NCBI GenBank assembly: GCA_038150265.1
Contig: JAYOTF010000047.1
Coordinates: forward strand, 1 to 18,164
Direction of reading: 5' to 3'
DNA length: 18,164 nucleotides
DNA from: Deltaproteobacteria bacterium
GTDB taxonomy: Bacteria > SAR324 > NAC60-12
Shown: piece after piece, positions 16,954-18,164 of the stretch
How the letters are laid out: each line of letters opens with the position of its first letter
Numbering within the stretch: position 1 is the stretch's first letter
Notes under the pieces: generated by a model
Told to the model about the DNA's origin: nothing
Database searches by the model: none
What the model saw: only the letters and a program-made list of their open reading frames with translations
Made by a program: the position numbers and the translations under genes

Positions 16954-17556
16954 TCACCCGGCGGTGACCTGAACCCGTCCCTTCAAGTAACTCAGCAGCA
17001 CTCCATACAGCGGCAGGAAGACCACGGTCGAGGTGACGATCTTCAGGATCAGGTCCGTGGTGGCAATCGGCATCCAGTTGGCGGCCATGAAGGCATCCTC
17101 GCCCTGATGAAACGCCAGGCCGTAAAAGAGGTAGGTGTCGAGCACATTGGCGGCCAGGGTTGAAACCAGGGGCGCGGCCCACCAGTACCCCACCCGCTCG
17201 CGGATCTGCTGAAACACCGACACGTCCAGCAGCTGCCCAATGAAGTAGGCAATCCCGCTTGCCAGACCGATGCGCCAGTTGGCCAGCAGCACCGAAACCA
17301 GGATGGCCGGCAGGAAGGCCACCGCCACAATGCCTCGGGCCAGGTGCTTGTTGGTCAGCCGAACCGTCAGGTCGGTTGCCACCACTGCCAGCGGGAACAC
17401 CCACATGCCCCACGACCAGTCAATGCCCCAGGTGTTTTCCGGGAACTGGACGAGGTAGTTGGCCGCAGCAATGATGAGGATGTGCAGTCCCCCCAACCGG
17501 AGGAGCAGGGTGGGGTTCACTTGATTCCAGTCAAAGTACTTCTTCAGGTCTTTCAT
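16954..17556 (-). CDS. yhhQ: Queuosine precursor (preQ0/preQ1) transporter, YhhQ/COG1738 family
   Basis: Colinear motifs with E. coli YhhQ: NYLVQ.P, ATDLTVR, RI..AS..AY..GQ.LDV.VF, WW.AP..ST, DAFMA..WM.IA and FLP.YGVLL. Confidence 0.92.
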   Translation of the reverse strand: MKDLKKYFDWNQVNPTLLLRLGGLHILIIAAANYLVQFPENTWGIDWSWGMWVFPLAVVATDLTVRLTNKHLARGIVAVAFLPAILVSVLLANWRIGLASGIAYFIGQLLDVSVFQQIRERVGYWWAAPLVSTLAANVLDTYLFYGLAFHQGEDAFMAANWMPIATTDLILKIVTSTVVFLPLYGVLLSYLKGRVQVTAG

Positions 17557-17605
17557 AAGCGCTCGGTGGGGAAGGGGCGATTTTAGAAGATCAGGTCAAC
17601 TTACC

Positions 17606-17634
17606 AGTATCTCTGAAAAGACGAGGAGGGTCAA
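17606..17634 (-). promoter_or_regulatory. Candidate sigma70 promoter of yhhQ
   Basis: Minus strand TTGACC (17634-17629), 17-bp spacer, GATACT (17611-17606). Confidence 0.5.
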
Positions 17635-17696
17635 AACATCTTCATCCCCAGATCAAAAATCCTCCCGCACTTCCGAACTCCACGCACTCCGTCCCA

Positions 17697-17982
17697 TGGA
17701 AAAATTCTCAGTCCTCTCCTGACCCCACTTTTTGTCCCTGCCCTCCTCAAAAATCCAGCCAGCCCTGATGAGATCAGGGGTTGTGCTTTTTTCGTTTTGT
17801 CCGACCTCACCTGGGAGCGAATCAGAGGACACTCACCCACTGAAAAATATCTTCAAAGCGGTGGTTTGCTGTGTAATCATACCCTCGCTTCGGCAGGCAA
17901 AAACGCTCCTGATCTCAAAACGCTCCTGATCTCAAGCTGCTAAAGCGACCATGCACTCGCGTGCCTGCTCACCCCGCCAGCA
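17697..17982. repeat. ~286-bp non-coding element, copy B (inverted relative to 1332-1600)
   Basis: Reverse complement aligns end to end with copy A and carries an extra 17-bp tandem unit. Similarity may extend to ~17689. Confidence 0.93.
17900..17935. repeat. 17-bp tandem duplication inside copy B
   Basis: AAAACGCTCCTGATCTC twice (17900-17916, 17917-17933); a single unit in copy A. Confidence 0.95.
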
Positions 17983-18164
17983 GGTTGATGATGCGTGTTT
18001 GGATTGTATCGGATTTTGTGGTGCTCATTATTCAATGATGTATCAAATGAGAGAATTTTCATGGTGGGGTTGTACCTACAAAGAGGAAAGCGAATCCAGG
18101 CACTTGTCTATCCTGAATCACCTTGAGGGCGCTTCATCATCCCGGTAGATTCTGACCGCCGGTC

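Noticed and set aside
17761..17800. CTGATGAG as a hammerhead ribozyme core in the repeat element
   Set aside because: No stem II followed by GAAA; the motif is simply one arm of a local hairpin.
1332..17982. Composite transposon or genomic island bounded by the inverted repeats
   Set aside because: The enclosed genes are largely housekeeping with uniform composition; there is no internal recombinase and no matching target duplication outside the repeats.
17983..18164. AT-rich tail with a CTCATT...AATGAG inverted repeat, a weak Fur-box likeness and a 65-aa ORF
   Set aside because: Poor consensus match, and any target gene lies outside the window; the ORF begins inside the repeat and has no motif.
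1..18164. CRISPR array, tRNA/rRNA genes, prophage or defence-system genes
   Set aside because: No regularly spaced repeats, cloverleaf or rRNA signatures, or recognisable phage or defence proteins were seen by eye.

Overview
GC-rich bacterial chromosomal segment; the IHF-beta, FliM and RodA sequences look deltaproteobacterial-like, which is a low-confidence impression. The left end holds an intact ISAba1-like IS4-family element (56-1233) whose flanks appear to be an IS630 transposase remnant, with no target duplication. The core has a ChrR-like double cupin, an EEP-family phosphoesterase and an RND efflux pair (MFP + permease, no outer-membrane factor). It continues with a co-directional minus-strand run (Nudix, Bor-like lipoprotein, rodA, gltX, MoxR AAA+, 481-aa unknown protein), an orphan fliM with a diverged CheY-binding motif, ihfB, fbaA and yhhQ. 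The main unexplained structure is a ~270-bp non-coding element present twice in inverted orientation (1332-1600 and 17697-17982, ~88% identical by hand alignment), bracketing ~16 kb of mostly housekeeping genes. Also present are a CGTC/dRS3-type REP doublet and a structured leader before the efflux operon. I cannot confirm a new system from sequence alone; the best candidates are the inverted element pair, the MoxR/unknown-protein pair and the orphan FliM.
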